Source of the DNA: Candidatus Omnitrophota bacterium
GTDB taxonomy: Bacteria; Ratteibacteria; UBA8468; MWAK01
Direction of reading: 5' to 3'
NCBI GenBank assembly: GCA_043797665.1
Contig: JAZDPL010000066.1
Location: forward strand, 1 to 24,712
Length of the DNA stretch: 24,712 bases
Under the pieces are notes generated by a model. The model worked only from the letters and a program-made list of their open reading frames with translations. It ran no database searches and was not told the DNA's origin. A program made the position numbers and the translations under genes. The stretch's first letter is position 1, and every line of letters begins with the position of its first letter. Positions 24,629 through 24,712 of the stretch are shown here, in pieces.

Positions 24629-24712
24629 ATGACCAGAAAAAGATTCAAGAACGAACCGGTTCCCTATTATTTGCAACTGGCGAATATCCTCAAGGAGAGA
24701 ATTAAAAAAGGC
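24629..24712 (+). CDS. GntR-family transcriptional regulator, 5' part only
   Basis: Not in the ORF track. MTRKRFKNEPVPYYLQLANILKERIKKG matches the GntR N-terminal pattern P-x-Y-x-Q-[IL]-x3-[IL]-x3-I-x2-G. Open to the window end. Confidence 0.8.
   Translation, partial: MTRKRFKNEPVPYYLQLANILKERIKKG

Overview
Bacterial chromosomal window, probably from an anaerobe of the PVC superphylum or a related candidate phylum (inferred from the DUF1559 pilin-like and DUF4838 genes). (1) 1-8.5 kb, minus strand: a putative carbohydrate-utilisation operon with a LacI regulator, an NAD-dependent epimerase/SDR, a DUF1559 prepilin-like protein, a 1196-aa unknown protein, and a secreted DUF4838 + CBM9-like protein. 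The ORF track missed the last gene because it runs off the left edge. (2) 8.6-15.2 kb, minus strand: a tetrahydrofolate methyl-branch (Wood-Ljungdahl type) cluster, fchA-folD-metV-metF-fhs. FolD looks monofunctional (YxxxK changed to YxxxQ), and a GH29 alpha-L-fucosidase gene sits between metF and fhs, flanked by two directly repeated palindromic elements. (3) 15.3-24.7 kb: an EF-hand lipoprotein, an MBL hydrolase, a LonC-like protease, ugd, a two-domain glycoside hydrolase fusion, an AAA_14/DUF4143 ATPase and the start of a GntR regulator. The most striking non-coding signal is that 12 of the 13 intergenic spacers from 8.5 kb onward carry REP-like palindromic elements from three distinct families. 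Two families show clearly covarying stems with conserved loops. Two elements supply a gene's stop codon, two sit at ribosome-binding positions, and one lies inside a MITE-like element with 20-bp TIRs and a 5-bp target duplication. No cognate transposase or recombinase, RNA gene or CRISPR array was seen.
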